From positions 26,346-90,345 of the forward strand of contig CABZRL010000006.1 of the NCBI GenBank assembly GCA_902528165.1: a DNA stretch of 64,000 bases. Reading direction: 5' to 3'. The DNA is from an uncultured Litorivicinus sp. (GTDB lineage: Bacteria > Pseudomonadota > Gammaproteobacteria > Pseudomonadales > Litorivicinaceae). Shown here one piece after another: positions 25,565-36,631 of the stretch (position 1 is the stretch's first letter; each line of letters opens with the position of its first letter). Both the position numbers and the translations under genes were made by a program. The notes under the pieces are model-generated. The model was not told the DNA's origin and made no database searches. It saw only the letters and a program-made list of their open reading frames with translations.

Positions 25565-25915
25565 ATGATGGACAAGAAAAAAGCCCGGTTGCGTCGCGCT
25601 CGCCGTGCACGCGCCAAAATGCGCGAATTAGGCGCAAATCGTTTGTGCGTGCATCGTACACCACGTCACATCTACGCCCAGATTATTTCTGGCGATGGAT
25701 CCAACGTGATTTGTACAGCATCGACACTGGATAAGGACCTTCGTGAGAAGAACGGCGGAAACGTGGATGCGGCTGCAGAAGTCGGCAAGCGGATCGCTGA
25801 ACGAGCGAAGGAAAAAGGAATTCAGGCGGTTGCATTTGACCGCTCCGGTTTCCGTTATCACGGTCGTGTGAAGGCTCTAGCCGACGCAGCCCGTGAAGGT
25901 GGACTTGAGTTTTAA
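25565..25915 (+). CDS. rplR: 50S ribosomal protein L18
   Basis: [22 protein letters not shown]. Confidence 0.99.
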   Translation: MMDKKKARLRRARRARAKMRELGANRLCVHRTPRHIYAQIISGDGSNVICTASTLDKDLREKNGGNVDAAAEVGKRIAERAKEKGIQAVAFDRSGFRYHGRVKALADAAREGGLEF

Positions 25916-25924
25916 GGGGATCCG

Positions 25925-26431
25925 ATGAACGCAAAAGTAGAAACGCAGCAGCAGGGCGATCTGCAAGAAAAGCTGGTTCAGGTGAATCGGGTTGCCAAAG
26001 TTGTTAAAGGTGGCCGGATTTTCAGCTTCACAGCATTGACTGTGGTTGGCGATGGAAATGGGAAAGTTGGATACGGTCGTGGTAAAGCGCGTGAAGTACC
26101 AGCGGCGATTCAGAAAGCGATGGAAGCGGCTCGCCGCAACATGGTTTCTGTTAAGCTGGATGGGGATACGATTCAATACCCAACCAAAGCCGCCCACGGC
26201 TCCGCCAAGGTTTACATGCAGCCTGCATCACAGGGTACTGGCGTTATCGCCGGTGGCGCGATGCGTGCGGTGTTGGAAATCGCTGGTGTACAGAACGTAT
26301 TGGCGAAGTGTTACGGCTCAACGAACCCTGCTAACGTAGTTCGTGCAACGATCAAAGCGCTTTCAGAGATGCAATCTCCGGAAGACGTTGCAGCTCGTCG
26401 TGGCAAATCAGTCGAAGAAATTCTCGGCTAA
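25925..26431 (+). CDS. rpsE: 30S ribosomal protein S5
   Basis: [19 protein letters not shown]. Confidence 0.99.
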   Translation: MNAKVETQQQGDLQEKLVQVNRVAKVVKGGRIFSFTALTVVGDGNGKVGYGRGKAREVPAAIQKAMEAARRNMVSVKLDGDTIQYPTKAAHGSAKVYMQPASQGTGVIAGGAMRAVLEIAGVQNVLAKCYGSTNPANVVRATIKALSEMQSPEDVAARRGKSVEEILG

Positions 26432-26442
26432 GGATTAGAGAC

Positions 26443-26634
26443 ATGGCGAAGAAAAAAATGTTGAAAGTGACATTGGTGCGTAGCCCAATCCGTCAAAATC
26501 CAAAGCACAAATTGTGTGTCCAGGGTCTTGGCTTGAAGCGCATGCAACAGACAGTTGAGGTTGAAGATACACCTAGCGTTCGTGGAATGATCAACAAGGT
26601 CAACTACCTCGTTCGTATTGAAGGAGAAGCATAA
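26443..26634 (+). CDS. rpmD: 50S ribosomal protein L30
   Basis: [18 protein letters not shown]. Confidence 0.97.
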   Translation: MAKKKMLKVTLVRSPIRQNPKHKLCVQGLGLKRMQQTVEVEDTPSVRGMINKVNYLVRIEGEA

Positions 26635-27068
26635 TGCGTTTAAATGGCTTATCTCCCGCTCCTGGCTCACGCACGGATAAAAAGCGTGTTGGTCGTGGCA
26701 TCGGTTCCGGTTTGGGCAAAACTGGTGGTCGTGGTCATAAAGGGTTGAAGGCGCGTTCTGGTGGTTCAGTGAAGCCTGGTTTCGAAGGCGGTCAAATGCC
26801 CTTGCAGCGTCGCCTGCCGAAGTTTGGTTTTACCTCACGCAAGAGTTTGACTCGTGACGAGATCCGCTTAGCGGAACTGAACAAGATCCAAGGCGATGAA
26901 GTCACGATGGACTCGTTGCGTCAAGCGCGACTCATTGGTGAAAACATCAAAGACGTGAAAATCATCTTGGCTGGTGAAATCACTCGTGCGATGACTGTCA
27001 AAGGCTTGAAGATAACCAAGGGTGCTCAAGCTGCAGTCGAAGCCGCTGGCGGCAAGGTCGAAGCGTAA
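26634..27068 (+). CDS. rplO: 50S ribosomal protein L15
   Basis: [17 protein letters not shown]. Confidence 0.99.
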   Translation: MRLNGLSPAPGSRTDKKRVGRGIGSGLGKTGGRGHKGLKARSGGSVKPGFEGGQMPLQRRLPKFGFTSRKSLTRDEIRLAELNKIQGDEVTMDSLRQARLIGENIKDVKIILAGEITRAMTVKGLKITKGAQAAVEAAGGKVEA

Positions 27069-28388
27069 ATGGCGACTCCAGGTGCATCAGGAGGTGGATT
27101 GACAGAGCTTTGGGCTCGACTCCGCTTCGTTGTGATTGCTGTTGTGGTGTACCGAATCGGTGCACACATTCCGGTCCCAGGAATTAATCCTGATCGGCTG
27201 GCAGATCTGTTTGAGCAGAGCCAAGGAACAATTCTTAGCCTATTCAACATGTTCTCTGGTGGTGCGTTGGAGCGGATGTCGATCCTCGCGCTTGGAATCA
27301 TGCCTTACATCTCAGCATCGATTGTGATGCAGCTCTTAACCGCTGTTGTCCCATCGCTTGAGGCATTGAAGAAAGAGGGTGAGGCTGGGCGTCGAAAGAT
27401 TACGCAATATACTCGGTACGGAACGGTGTTTCTGGCGACGGTACAGTCTATCGGTGTTGCCATGGGTCTTGCAGGTCAAGGTGTCGCGTTTGCGTCCGAT
27501 TTCAACTTCCATTTTGTGGCGGTGATCACCTTTGTCTCAGGTTCGGTCTTTCTGATGTGGCTTGGTGAGCAGGTCACGGAAAAAGGGATCGGTAACGGCA
27601 TTAGTTTGCTGATCTTTGCCGGTATTGTCGCGGGTCTTCCCGGCGCGATCGGGCAGTCAGCTGAGGCTGCGCGTCAAGGGGATCTGAACATCCTTGGGTT
27701 ATTGGCGATTGCCGTCATTGCGGTCGGGGTAGTTGCGTTTGTCGTCTTTATGGAACGTGCACAACGTCGCATTACGGTGAATTACGCACGTCGACAGCAA
27801 GGGAATAAAGTATTTGCGGCACAACAGTCGCATTTGCCGTTAAAGGTCAATATGGCGGGTGTGATCCCACCGATCTTTGCGTCGAGCCTGTTGTTGTTCC
27901 CTGCGTCGATCGGCCAGTGGTTCGGTCAAGGCGAAGGGATGGAATGGTTGCAGGATGTGAGTCTTGCGCTCGGTCCAGGTCAGCCTCTGTACTATCTGCT
28001 ATTTACAGTGGGCATTGTGTTTTTCTGCTACTTCTACACGGCGTTGGTCTTCAATCCGCGCGACGTGGCAGACAACCTGAAAAAGTCTGGTGCTTTCATC
28101 CCAGGGATTCGTCCGGGTGAACAGTCAGCAAACTATATCGACAAAGTGATGAGTCGTTTGACGTTTTGGGGTGCTGCCTACATTGCAGCCGTCTCCTTGC
28201 TCCCACAGAGCTTGGTGGTCAGCTTCAATGCACCGTTTTACTTCGGTGGTACGTCACTGTTGATCGTTGTTGTTGTGGTCATGGATTTTATGTCGCAGGT
28301 GCAGTCGCATCTTATGAGTCGTCAGTACGAATCCTTGATGAAGAAATCGAATTTGAAAGGGTATGGCTCGGGCGGCCTTTTACGGTAA
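27069..28388 (+). CDS. secY: Preprotein translocase subunit SecY
   Basis: [37 protein letters not shown]. Confidence 0.99.
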   Translation: MATPGASGGGLTELWARLRFVVIAVVVYRIGAHIPVPGINPDRLADLFEQSQGTILSLFNMFSGGALERMSILALGIMPYISASIVMQLLTAVVPSLEALKKEGEAGRRKITQYTRYGTVFLATVQSIGVAMGLAGQGVAFASDFNFHFVAVITFVSGSVFLMWLGEQVTEKGIGNGISLLIFAGIVAGLPGAIGQSAEAARQGDLNILGLLAIAVIAVGVVAFVVFMERAQRRITVNYARRQQGNKVFAAQQSHLPLKVNMAGVIPPIFASSLLLFPASIGQWFGQGEGMEWLQDVSLALGPGQPLYYLLFTVGIVFFCYFYTALVFNPRDVADNLKKSGAFIPGIRPGEQSANYIDKVMSRLTFWGAAYIAAVSLLPQSLVVSFNAPFYFGGTSLLIVVVVVMDFMSQVQSHLMSRQYESLMKKSNLKGYGSGGLLR

Positions 28389-28409
28389 ACGGGCATTGGG
28401 AGCTTTGAA

Positions 28410-28523
28410 ATGAAAGTACGCGCATCAGTAAAAAAGATTTGCCGGAACTGTCGAATTATTCGTCGTAACGGTGCAGTACGTGTGATCTGTACGGATCCTC
28501 GTCACAAGCAGCGTCAAGGTTAA
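28410..28523 (+). CDS. rpmJ: 50S ribosomal protein L36 (Zn-ribbon type); not in the supplied ORF track
   Basis: Read from DNA: [37 protein letters not shown]. Confidence 0.98.
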   Translation: MKVRASVKKICRNCRIIRRNGAVRVICTDPRHKQRQG

Positions 28524-28536
28524 ATAAAGAAAAGGG

Positions 28537-28573
28537 TTGAGATTTTCTGTTGGAATCAATAGAATTTCGCGCC
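28537..28573 (+). promoter_or_regulatory. alpha operon sigma70 promoter
   Basis: TTGAGA, 17 bp, TAGAAT, then TTCGCGCC. Confidence 0.8.
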
Positions 28574-28625
28574 TCGTGATTTTCGAGAGTCGGCGGGGCC
28601 GGTTCATGAATTTGGAGAGTTAGGA

Positions 28626-28982
28626 ATGGCACGTATTGCCGGCGTTAACATCCCCGATAACAAGCACACAGTGATTTCACTGCAGTATGTTTTTGGGATT
28701 GGTCAAACTCGCGCGAAAGCGATCTGTAAAGCAACTGGCATCGAAGAGTCTGCCAAAGTGTCTTCGTTGTCTGAAGATCAGCTGGAAATGCTTCGTACGG
28801 AGGTTGGCAAGTTTGACGTAGAAGGTGACCTTCGTCGTGAAGTGTCAATGAATATTAAGCGTCTGATGGATCTCGGTTGTTTCCGTGGTATTCGTCATCG
28901 TCGCAGTCTGCCAGTTCGCGGACAGCGTACTAAGACAAACGCGCGGACCCGCAAGGGCCCACGTAAGCCGATTCGTAAGTAA
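28626..28982 (+). CDS. rpsM: 30S ribosomal protein S13
   Basis: [24 protein letters not shown]. Confidence 0.99.
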   Translation: MARIAGVNIPDNKHTVISLQYVFGIGQTRAKAICKATGIEESAKVSSLSEDQLEMLRTEVGKFDVEGDLRREVSMNIKRLMDLGCFRGIRHRRSLPVRGQRTKTNARTRKGPRKPIRK

Positions 28983-28991
28983 GGAATTCTG

Positions 28992-29381
28992 ATGGCGACA
29001 CAGCGTAGCGCATCGCGTAAGAAGGTCAAAAAGCAGGTTGCGGAGGGTGTGGTTCACATTCACGCGTCCTTCAATAACACCATTATCACGATCACCGATC
29101 GGCAAGGTAACGCTCTGTCATGGGCGACAGCCGGCGGGTCGGGCTTCCGTGGTTCACGTAAATCAACACCATTCGCCGCACAGGTAGCGAGTGAGCGTGC
29201 AGCAACAGCGGCACAGGAGTTTGGTTTGAAATCTGTGGATGTCATGGTGAAGGGACCTGGACCTGGACGTGAGAGTGCAGTTCGTGCTCTGAACGCTGTG
29301 GGCCTTAAGGTTACAAATATCACTGACGTCACGCCGATCCCGCACAACGGCTGCCGACCACCGAAAAAGCGCCGCGTCTAA
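28992..29381 (+). CDS. rpsK: 30S ribosomal protein S11
   Basis: [23 protein letters not shown]. Confidence 0.99.
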   Translation: MATQRSASRKKVKKQVAEGVVHIHASFNNTIITITDRQGNALSWATAGGSGFRGSRKSTPFAAQVASERAATAAQEFGLKSVDVMVKGPGPGRESAVRALNAVGLKVTNITDVTPIPHNGCRPPKKRRV

Positions 29382-29395
29382 GGAGAATTAGAGGA

Positions 29396-30016
29396 ATGGC
29401 ACGTTACATCGGACCAACTTGTAAATTAGCACGTCGTGAAGGAACAGATCTGTTCCTCAAAAGCGGCGTCCGTTCAATGGATACAAAGTGCAACTTGGAA
29501 ACGCGTCCAGGAATGCACGGTGCAGCACGTGGTCGTCTGTCTGACTACGGATTGCAGTTACGTGAGAAGCAGAAGGTGCGTCGTATTTATGGCGTGCTCG
29601 AAAAGCAATTCCGTAACTACTACAAAGAAGCATCGCGCCTCCGTGGTTCAACGGGTGAAAACCTCTTGAAGCTGTTGGAAAGCCGCTTGGATAACGTTGT
29701 TTATCGAATGGGTTTTGGCTCGACTCGTGCGGAAGCTCGCCAAGTCGTTGGTCATAGATCCATTATGGTGAACGGCAAAGTTTTGAATATCCCGTCTTAT
29801 CAGGTGAAGCCGGGTGATGTGATCAGCGTTCGGGAGAAGGCGAAGGGTCAGTTGCGAATTCGCGCTGCGCTTGAGCTGGCTGGTCAGCGTGCAGATGTGC
29901 CTTGGATGGATGTTGATTCATCAAAGATGGAAGGTACGTTCAAGACACTTCCAGAGCGTCAAGATCTGTCACAAGACATCAACGAAAACCTGATCGTCGA
30001 GTTGTACTCGAAGTAA
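29396..30016 (+). CDS. rpsD: 30S ribosomal protein S4
   Basis: [25 protein letters not shown]. Confidence 0.99.
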   Translation: MARYIGPTCKLARREGTDLFLKSGVRSMDTKCNLETRPGMHGAARGRLSDYGLQLREKQKVRRIYGVLEKQFRNYYKEASRLRGSTGENLLKLLESRLDNVVYRMGFGSTRAEARQVVGHRSIMVNGKVLNIPSYQVKPGDVISVREKAKGQLRIRAALELAGQRADVPWMDVDSSKMEGTFKTLPERQDLSQDINENLIVELYSK

Positions 30017-30037
30017 ACCACATTGTTAGGAGACGGT

Positions 30038-31027
30038 ATGTCGTCATTGGAACTGCTGACACCACGTCAGATTCAGGTCCAGGAGGTAGCTCCCGGACGC
30101 TCAAAAATTATTCTTGAGCCTCTTGAGCGCGGTTACGGCCATACATTGGGTAACGCGTTGCGTCGGATTCTGCTCTCATCGATGCCGGGTTGCGCGATTA
30201 TTGAAGCGAAAATCGACGGCGTTGCGCACGAGTATTCTGAAATCGAGGGCGTGAAAGAAGATGTCATCGAAATTCTGTTGAACCTCAAGAAAGTCGCGGT
30301 ATCCTTGGAAGGGCGTGATGGGATTGCTACGATTCGCTTAAACCACTCGGGCGAAGGCGTGGTGACTGCGGCAGATTTTGAATTACCTCAAGACGTTGAA
30401 GTTGCGAATCCAGACCAGCACATCGCTACAGCCGCCGCTCGCGGTTCGTTGCAGATTGAAGCGCTGGTCGCTCGAGGCATTGGATATGAGCCTGCGAGTG
30501 AGCGCGAAGAAGACGAAGAAATGCGGACAATTGGTGCGTTGCGTTTGGATGCAACCTACAGCCCTGTGCGTCGTGTGTCCTACGTGGTCGAGAGCGCTCG
30601 AGTTGAACAACGAACTGACCTTGATAAGTTGGTGATCGATCTTGAAACTGACGGCACCTTGGACGCTGAAGAAGCGATCCGCCGTGCAGCGACCCTGCTT
30701 CAGCAGCAGTTGTCGGTATTTGTTGAGTTCGAAGGTCCTCAGGTGGCAGCTGAAGAAACTCAGAAAGATGAAATTGATCCAATTTTGTTGCGTCCAGTTG
30801 ATGATCTTGAGCTGACAGTTCGTTCTGCGAATTGTTTGAAAGCAGAAAACATTTACTACATCGGTGATCTGGTGCAGCGGACTGAGGTTGAGTTGTTGAA
30901 GACTCCGAACCTCGGTAAGAAGTCGTTGACTGAAATCAAAGACGTTTTAGCATCACGCGACTTGTCGCTGGGTTCACGTCTTGAAAATTGGCCACCAGCA
31001 GGATTTGCGCGCGAAGAAAGCGCCTAA
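30038..31027 (+). CDS. rpoA: RNA polymerase alpha subunit
   Basis: [26 protein letters not shown]; ATG 30038 after AGGAG. Confidence 0.99.
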   Translation: MSSLELLTPRQIQVQEVAPGRSKIILEPLERGYGHTLGNALRRILLSSMPGCAIIEAKIDGVAHEYSEIEGVKEDVIEILLNLKKVAVSLEGRDGIATIRLNHSGEGVVTAADFELPQDVEVANPDQHIATAAARGSLQIEALVARGIGYEPASEREEDEEMRTIGALRLDATYSPVRRVSYVVESARVEQRTDLDKLVIDLETDGTLDAEEAIRRAATLLQQQLSVFVEFEGPQVAAEETQKDEIDPILLRPVDDLELTVRSANCLKAENIYYIGDLVQRTEVELLKTPNLGKKSLTEIKDVLASRDLSLGSRLENWPPAGFAREESA

Positions 31028-31077
31028 GTTAGACTGACCCGTCGTGAGACGGTGTCTTTGAGAAGCGAGAATAGATC

Positions 31078-31458
31078 ATGCGCCATTTGAAAAGCGGAAA
31101 GAAACTGAATCGGACTAGCAGTCATCGTAGGGCCATGTTTTCTAACATGACCGCCTCGTTGATTGAGCACGAAGTCATTAAGACGACCTTGCCGAAAGCG
31201 AAAGAATTACGCCGTGTAGCTGAGCCTTTAATTACATTGGCGAAGAATGATTCAGTCGCGAATCGTCGATTGGCGTTTAGCCGCCTTCGGAGTGATTCGG
31301 CTGTGGGTAAGCTATTTGCTGAGTTGGGGCCACGCTATCAAGCTCGCCCAGGTGGGTACTTGCGCATTCTGAAATCTGGCTTCCGGGCGGGTGATGCAGC
31401 ACCCATGGCGATTGTTGAGTTGGTTGATCGTCCAGAGATCGCTGCTGAGGCAGAGTAA
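31078..31458 (+). CDS. rplQ: 50S ribosomal protein L17
   Basis: [26 protein letters not shown]. Confidence 0.99.
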   Translation: MRHLKSGKKLNRTSSHRRAMFSNMTASLIEHEVIKTTLPKAKELRRVAEPLITLAKNDSVANRRLAFSRLRSDSAVGKLFAELGPRYQARPGGYLRILKSGFRAGDAAPMAIVELVDRPEIAAEAE

Positions 31459-31499
31459 AGACTACCTCCTTGAGATCGGCGAAAGCCGAGTTCTGGACG

Positions 31500-31525
31500 A
31501 AAAAGGGCGTTTAGGCGCCCTTTTT
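31500..31525. terminator. Bidirectional intrinsic terminator (rplQ / uvrA), overlapping the last uvrA codons
   Basis: AAAAAGGGCG-TTTAGG-CGCCCTTTTT. Confidence 0.85.
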
Positions 31526-34345
31526 GCGTTCGAGCAGTGGTTTGAGGAATCGGCCTGTGTGGGAGTGAGCGAGCTGAGCGACGTCCTCAGGCGTCCCCTC
31601 GGCGATGATTTGTCCGCCACCAGAACCACCTTCAGGGCCTAGGTCAATCACCCAATCTGCCGTCTTAATGACGTCAAGATTGTGCTCGATCACCACGACT
31701 GTGTTGCCATGATCTCTCAGCCGATGCAGTACAGCGAGCAACTGCTGAATATCTTCGAAGTGTAATCCTGTCGTGGGCTCATCAAGAATATAGAGTGTCC
31801 TTCCGGTATCACGCTTGGACAATTCTCGAGCGAGCTTGACTCGTTGTGCTTCACCACCGGACAGAGTGGTCGCGGATTGTCCGAGCTTTAAATAAGACAG
31901 TCCAACGTCAACCAGTGTCTGAAGCTTTCGAGCCAGTGTTGGAATCGCATCGAAGAACGCTCGCGCGTCCTCGACGGTCATGGCTAAAACGTCATGAATC
32001 GATTTTCCTTTGTAGAGAATATCCAACGTTTCGCGATTGTATCGAAGCCCTTTGCAGGTATCGCAGGGAACATAAATATCTGGCAAGAAATGCATTTCGA
32101 CTTTAATCATGCCATCACCCTGGCAGGTCTCACAGCGCCCCCCTTTGACGTTGAAAGAGAAACGTCCTGGGGAATATCCACGTGACCGAGCTTCTTGGGT
32201 TTCCGCGAAAATTTCACGGATTGGTGTGAAGAGACCGGTGTAGGTTGCTGGGTTGGAACGCGGTGTCCGGCCGATTGGGCTCTGGTCAATATCGACCACT
32301 TTATCGAGTTCATGAATTCCATGACAGTGCTCAAACGGAGCCGACTTCAGTGTTGTGGCTTTATTGAGGACTTTGGCGGTATGCGGATAGAGGGTTCGGT
32401 TAATCAACGTGGACTTGCCGGATCCTGAGACCCCAGTGACACAGGTTAAAAGCCCCAATGGCAGATTTAAACTGACATTTTGTAGATTGTTTCCAGTACA
32501 CCCTTCCAAGACCAGTTGATGATCTCCACGCGGTGTACGGCTGTCGGGGATTGCGATCGCTTTCTTACCTGACAGATAGAGGCCGGTGACCGATTGTTCG
32601 TTGTCCATCACTTCCTTCGGAGTCCCGCAAGCCACAATTTGACCGCCATGCACTCCAGCGCCCGGTCCGATATCGACCAGATAATCGGCACTCCGCATCG
32701 CATCTTCGTCGTGTTCGACGACGATGACGGTGTTCCCGAGATCCCTGAGGTGGAAGAGTGTGTTGAGCAAACGTTCGTTATCTCGTTGATGCAGACCGAT
32801 GGACGGCTCATCCAAGATGTACATCACACCGACCAGACCTGCCCCGATCTGACTGGCGAGTCGGATGCGTTGGGCTTCCCCGCCGGATAAGGTCTCAGCG
32901 CTTCGATCCAAGGACAGGTAATCAAGACCGACGTTGACTAAGAAGCCAAGCCGCGCTTGGATCTCTTGTAAAATCTTGTTGGCGATTTCTTGTCGTCGCC
33001 CTGGAAGACTTAACGCATCGAAGAATGCGAAGCATTCGCCGATTGGCAATTTGACCAATTCTGGCAACCGAGTCTCACCAATAAACACGTTCCGAGCTGC
33101 CACGTTGAGTCGGGAGCCTCCACAATCTGGACAGGGTGCGTGAGTCATCAATTTTGATAGATCGTCGCGTTGCGACTGGCTATCTGTCTCTTTGTAGCGG
33201 CGTTCGAGATTGCGAATCACGCCTTCAAACGGATGATTTTTAGTCACTTCCCGGCCGCGGTCCGAGACATAGCTGAAGTCGATCGACTCGGAACCCGATC
33301 CGTATAAAATCTTATGTTGATGCTCTTCGGACAGATCCTGCCATTCGGTATCAATACTGAATCCGTAATGACGCGCTACACACTTCAGGAGGTGGTAGTA
33401 ATACATGCTCCGACGATCCCAGCCTTTGATGGCTCCGGACGACAGTGATAGTTCCAGATCGACAATCAGTCGATCGGGATCAAAAAATTGATGAACACCT
33501 AAGCCGTCGCAGGTCTGACATGCCCCAAACGGGCTATTGAACGAAAAGATTCTTGGTTCAAGCTCAGCGATTGAGTACCCGCAGTGAGAGCAGGCGAATT
33601 TGGATGAGAACATCAGTGCCTGAAAAGCATCGTCCATTGACTGAATGATGATTTGACCATCCGAGAGGTTGAGTCCTGTTTCAATCGATTCAGCGAGGCG
33701 AAGGCGTTGCGAATCATCAACTTTTAATCGATCCACGACGGCATCGATCGAGTGTTTTTTCTTTTTATCGAGCTGTGGGGCTTCGTCTAAATCAATCACT
33801 AATCCATCGACACGAACACGAATGAAACCTTGAGATTTGAGCTCCTGAAAAACGTGGAGATGCTCACCTTTCCGCTCGCTGATCATCGGCGCGAGCACCA
33901 GGATTTTCGATCCTTCGGGTAAAGCCAACACTTGGTCAACCATTTGGCTGACTGTTTGAGCTTCGAGGCTTAAGTTGTGGTCCGGGCATCGCGGTTCGCC
34001 TGCGCGCGCGTAGAGTAGGCGCAAATAGTCATAAATTTCGGTGATTGTCCCGACGGTCGATCGCGGATTATGACTGGTGGATTTTTGCTCGATCGAGATC
34101 GCAGGCGACAGGCCCTCGATATGGTCAACATCAGGCTTCTCCATCATTGATAGAAATTGCCGCGCATAGGCAGACAATGACTCAACGTATCGACGTTGAC
34201 CTTCCGCGTACAGGGTGTCAAAAGCCAAAGAGGATTTGCCGGAACCTGATAATCCGGTGATCACAATCAGTTGGTCGCGTGGCAGATCAAGATGAATATT
34301 CTTCAGATTGTGGGTGCGTGCCCCACGGATTTGTATTGAGTCCAC
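31511..34345 (-). CDS. uvrA: Excinuclease ABC subunit A
   Basis: Two Walker A motifs ([16 protein letters not shown]), two LSGGEAQR, Zn fingers. Confidence 0.99.
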   Translation of the reverse strand: MDSIQIRGARTHNLKNIHLDLPRDQLIVITGLSGSGKSSLAFDTLYAEGQRRYVESLSAYARQFLSMMEKPDVDHIEGLSPAISIEQKSTSHNPRSTVGTITEIYDYLRLLYARAGEPRCPDHNLSLEAQTVSQMVDQVLALPEGSKILVLAPMISERKGEHLHVFQELKSQGFIRVRVDGLVIDLDEAPQLDKKKKHSIDAVVDRLKVDDSQRLRLAESIETGLNLSDGQIIIQSMDDAFQALMFSSKFACSHCGYSIAELEPRIFSFNSPFGACQTCDGLGVHQFFDPDRLIVDLELSLSSGAIKGWDRRSMYYYHLLKCVARHYGFSIDTEWQDLSEEHQHKILYGSGSESIDFSYVSDRGREVTKNHPFEGVIRNLERRYKETDSQSQRDDLSKLMTHAPCPDCGGSRLNVAARNVFIGETRLPELVKLPIGECFAFFDALSLPGRRQEIANKILQEIQARLGFLVNVGLDYLSLDRSAETLSGGEAQRIRLASQIGAGLVGVMYILDEPSIGLHQRDNERLLNTLFHLRDLGNTVIVVEHDEDAMRSADYLVDIGPGAGVHGGQIVACGTPKEVMDNEQSVTGLYLSGKKAIAIPDSRTPRGDHQLVLEGCTGNNLQNVSLNLPLGLLTCVTGVSGSGKSTLINRTLYPHTAKVLNKATTLKSAPFEHCHGIHELDKVVDIDQSPIGRTPRSNPATYTGLFTPIREIFAETQEARSRGYSPGRFSFNVKGGRCETCQGDGMIKVEMHFLPDIYVPCDTCKGLRYNRETLDILYKGKSIHDVLAMTVEDARAFFDAIPTLARKLQTLVDVGLSYLKLGQSATTLSGGEAQRVKLARELSKRDTGRTLYILDEPTTGLHFEDIQQLLAVLHRLRDHGNTVVVIEHNLDVIKTADWVIDLGPEGGSGGGQIIAEGTPEDVAQLAHSHTGRFLKPLLERKKGA

Positions 34346-34522
34346 AGCGATCCGTATTAATAATCACAAAAATACCAGTGTACCTGTTGATTGGGTTTTT
34401 ATGCATGGATTCAATGCAGAAATTCAGAACTGTCAGACAAGCCTCGGCGATTGTCGCTGACACTGGCTTGTCCGTGCTACATTACGCGGTATTTGAAGTA
34501 TTTGCTCACATAGGATGGTTTC

Positions 34523-34993
34523 ATGGCCCGCTCAGTTAACAAAGTCACCTTGATTGGAAATCTTGGTAACGATCCGGAAATGAAAGCACTGCCGTCTGGT
34601 AGTCAGGTTGCGAACTTAAGTATTGCGACGACAGATTCATGGCGCGATCGGACCAGTGGCGAAATGCAAGAGCGAACCGAATGGCATCGGGTGGTGTGTT
34701 TTGATCGTCTGGCCGAGATTTGTGGTCAATATCTTCGCAAGGGCTCACGGATTTATATCGAAGGTAGCTTGAGAACTCGATCTTGGGAGCAAGACGGGCA
34801 GAAGCGCTATGCGACAGAGATCGTCGGTCGTGAAATGATGATGCTTGACGGCCGTGGAGAAGGGGACATGAGTGCTCCACCGCCCATGCAATCCCGTCCA
34901 CAAACGACCTCCGCCCCGCAACAACAGGCGGCTCCTCAGCCCGTCAGTCAGTCGATGCCTGATCCGAATATCGATGACGAAATCCCCTTCTAA
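34523..34993 (+). CDS. ssb: Single-stranded DNA-binding protein
   Basis: [19 protein letters not shown]-terminal DDEIPF. Confidence 0.99.
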   Translation: MARSVNKVTLIGNLGNDPEMKALPSGSQVANLSIATTDSWRDRTSGEMQERTEWHRVVCFDRLAEICGQYLRKGSRIYIEGSLRTRSWEQDGQKRYATEIVGREMMMLDGRGEGDMSAPPPMQSRPQTTSAPQQQAAPQPVSQSMPDPNIDDEIPF

Positions 34994-35033
34994 GCCAGCA
35001 AGCTTCGAGGACGAGTCAGATCATCGATTTCCA

Positions 35034-35936
35034 ATGGCTCGCGTGCTCGTCGTTGGTGGAGAGACCAGTTTAGCGGCGGCATTTTTTGAAGCGGAGTCAA
35101 GTGGTGGTCAACAGCGGATTGCATTACCGAGTTCTGTCAACTTGGCAGATGATCGAGAGATTTTTGAGTCCATTCGGATGCGTCGGCCCGATTTCGTGGT
35201 CAACTGTATGGTGGAATCTGGGGTCGACCGGGCCGAGTTAGATCCTACCGAATGCCGTCAGATCAATCATCATTTACCCGTCAGTCTAGCCATCGCATGT
35301 CGAGAGTTTGATGCGACCCTGGTGCAGTTGTCGACGGACTACATTTTTGATGGTCAGAAGGACATCGCCTACTTCGAGGATGATGCGCCGAATCCTTTGA
35401 ACCTTTACGGTCAAACACGCCTTGAAGCAGAGTGCGATATCGAGAGCCTTCTGGATCGCCGAGTGATCTTGCGGGTATCTCATTTATTTGCACCGGGACC
35501 AAATAGCTTTGTAGCTAGTCTTTTGGATCGAGCGCGTATTGAATCTGAGTTACCGATGATTCAGGACGAACGCGGCTGTCCAACATCAGTGTTTGATATC
35601 GGTCGTGTGATTTCCGCGGTGATTGATCAATTACACGCAGGTGCTGGTGCTTACGGAGTGTATCACGTTGGTTGTCAGGGCGATGCCTCATGGATCGAGC
35701 TTGGCGAATGCATCATCGCGCAGGCTCGGCAATTTGAAGACTTGGCTGTTGAGGAAATTCTGGGAATTTCAGGTCAGTCCATTCGAGGGCGCGCAGAACG
35801 ACCGCGGCGTCTGGTGTTATCGACGCGAAAGCTGTTGTATACCTTTGGCATCAAGCCAAGGCCATGGAGGCAAGAGTTGGCAGACACCGTAGAACGGCAC
35901 TACGCAAAAGAAGGAACTTCTTATGCGGCGGTTTGA
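35034..35936 (+). CDS. RmlD/RfbD-like extended SDR (sugar-nucleotide-binding protein)
   Basis: VDRAE, LSTDYIFDG, PNPLNLYG, GCPTS; start uncertain, ATG 35034 chosen. Confidence 0.82.
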   Translation: MARVLVVGGETSLAAAFFEAESSGGQQRIALPSSVNLADDREIFESIRMRRPDFVVNCMVESGVDRAELDPTECRQINHHLPVSLAIACREFDATLVQLSTDYIFDGQKDIAYFEDDAPNPLNLYGQTRLEAECDIESLLDRRVILRVSHLFAPGPNSFVASLLDRARIESELPMIQDERGCPTSVFDIGRVISAVIDQLHAGAGAYGVYHVGCQGDASWIELGECIIAQARQFEDLAVEEILGISGQSIRGRAERPRRLVLSTRKLLYTFGIKPRPWRQELADTVERHYAKEGTSYAAV

Positions 35937-36031
35937 CTCAAGCTCTGTGATTCGTCAACGGATGCATCGGTTGAAAAAGCGAAAGACCATTCTCAGAAGA
36001 CAACAAAGTCTCCGTGAAAAAATGTTACTCG

Positions 36032-36631
36032 CTAAGCCTGAGGATCAGTTAGCTGATATGCAGGAACCATTTGCTGAAACTGAGTCAACCACAGAGCGAG
36101 ACCAGTAAATCGTGTTCTCCATTCACCTGAGAACCGAAAATCTAAATAGCCCAGTGAAATAGCCAAGCCGATTTGATCCAGGGTCGGTGTTGACTGCACT
36201 GGGGTGATGTTGTCAGTCCACCACTGTAACCTGCCAAGGACCTTCTGGTTCTGTCGGTGCAGCCAGTCAGTATTGAGCTGTGAGGGTTCTCTAAATCGTC
36301 TTTCATAAACCATCAAGAGTGCCGCTTCAGTAATTCCGTCTGCAATCGCAGCGCGACTAAGGTGATAAACCCGATGATCGTCAGGAAGTATTTCTGTCCG
36401 CCCTGAGGCTTGGATGAGATATTCACAGATGACCTTTGAATCGACGATCAACTCCCCTGATTCCAACGCTAAAGCCGGTATCTTATGCAGTGGATTGGGG
36501 TTGATCTGAGTGCTCTCAGGATCATTGCCGTCAATGGTGACCACCTCCAGTTGCTCATAAAGACCAGTGAGATGGGCTATTATTTTAACTTTTCGACCAA
36601 AGGGTGAGGGTGATGACGAATACAGCTGCAT
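36032..36631 (-). CDS. Glutathione S-transferase family protein (YibF-like)
   Basis: SPSPFGRKV, NPLHKIPAL, DSKVICEYL, LGYLDFRF. Confidence 0.9.
   Translation of the reverse strand: MQLYSSSPSPFGRKVKIIAHLTGLYEQLEVVTIDGNDPESTQINPNPLHKIPALALESGELIVDSKVICEYLIQASGRTEILPDDHRVYHLSRAAIADGITEAALLMVYERRFREPSQLNTDWLHRQNQKVLGRLQWWTDNITPVQSTPTLDQIGLAISLGYLDFRFSGEWRTRFTGLALWLTQFQQMVPAYQLTDPQA

Noticed and set aside
224-31400. Many long antisense and off-frame ORFs within tuf, rpoBC, fusA and r-protein genes
   Set aside because: These are expected shadows of biased codon usage; they lie opposite conserved genes and show no recognisable motifs.
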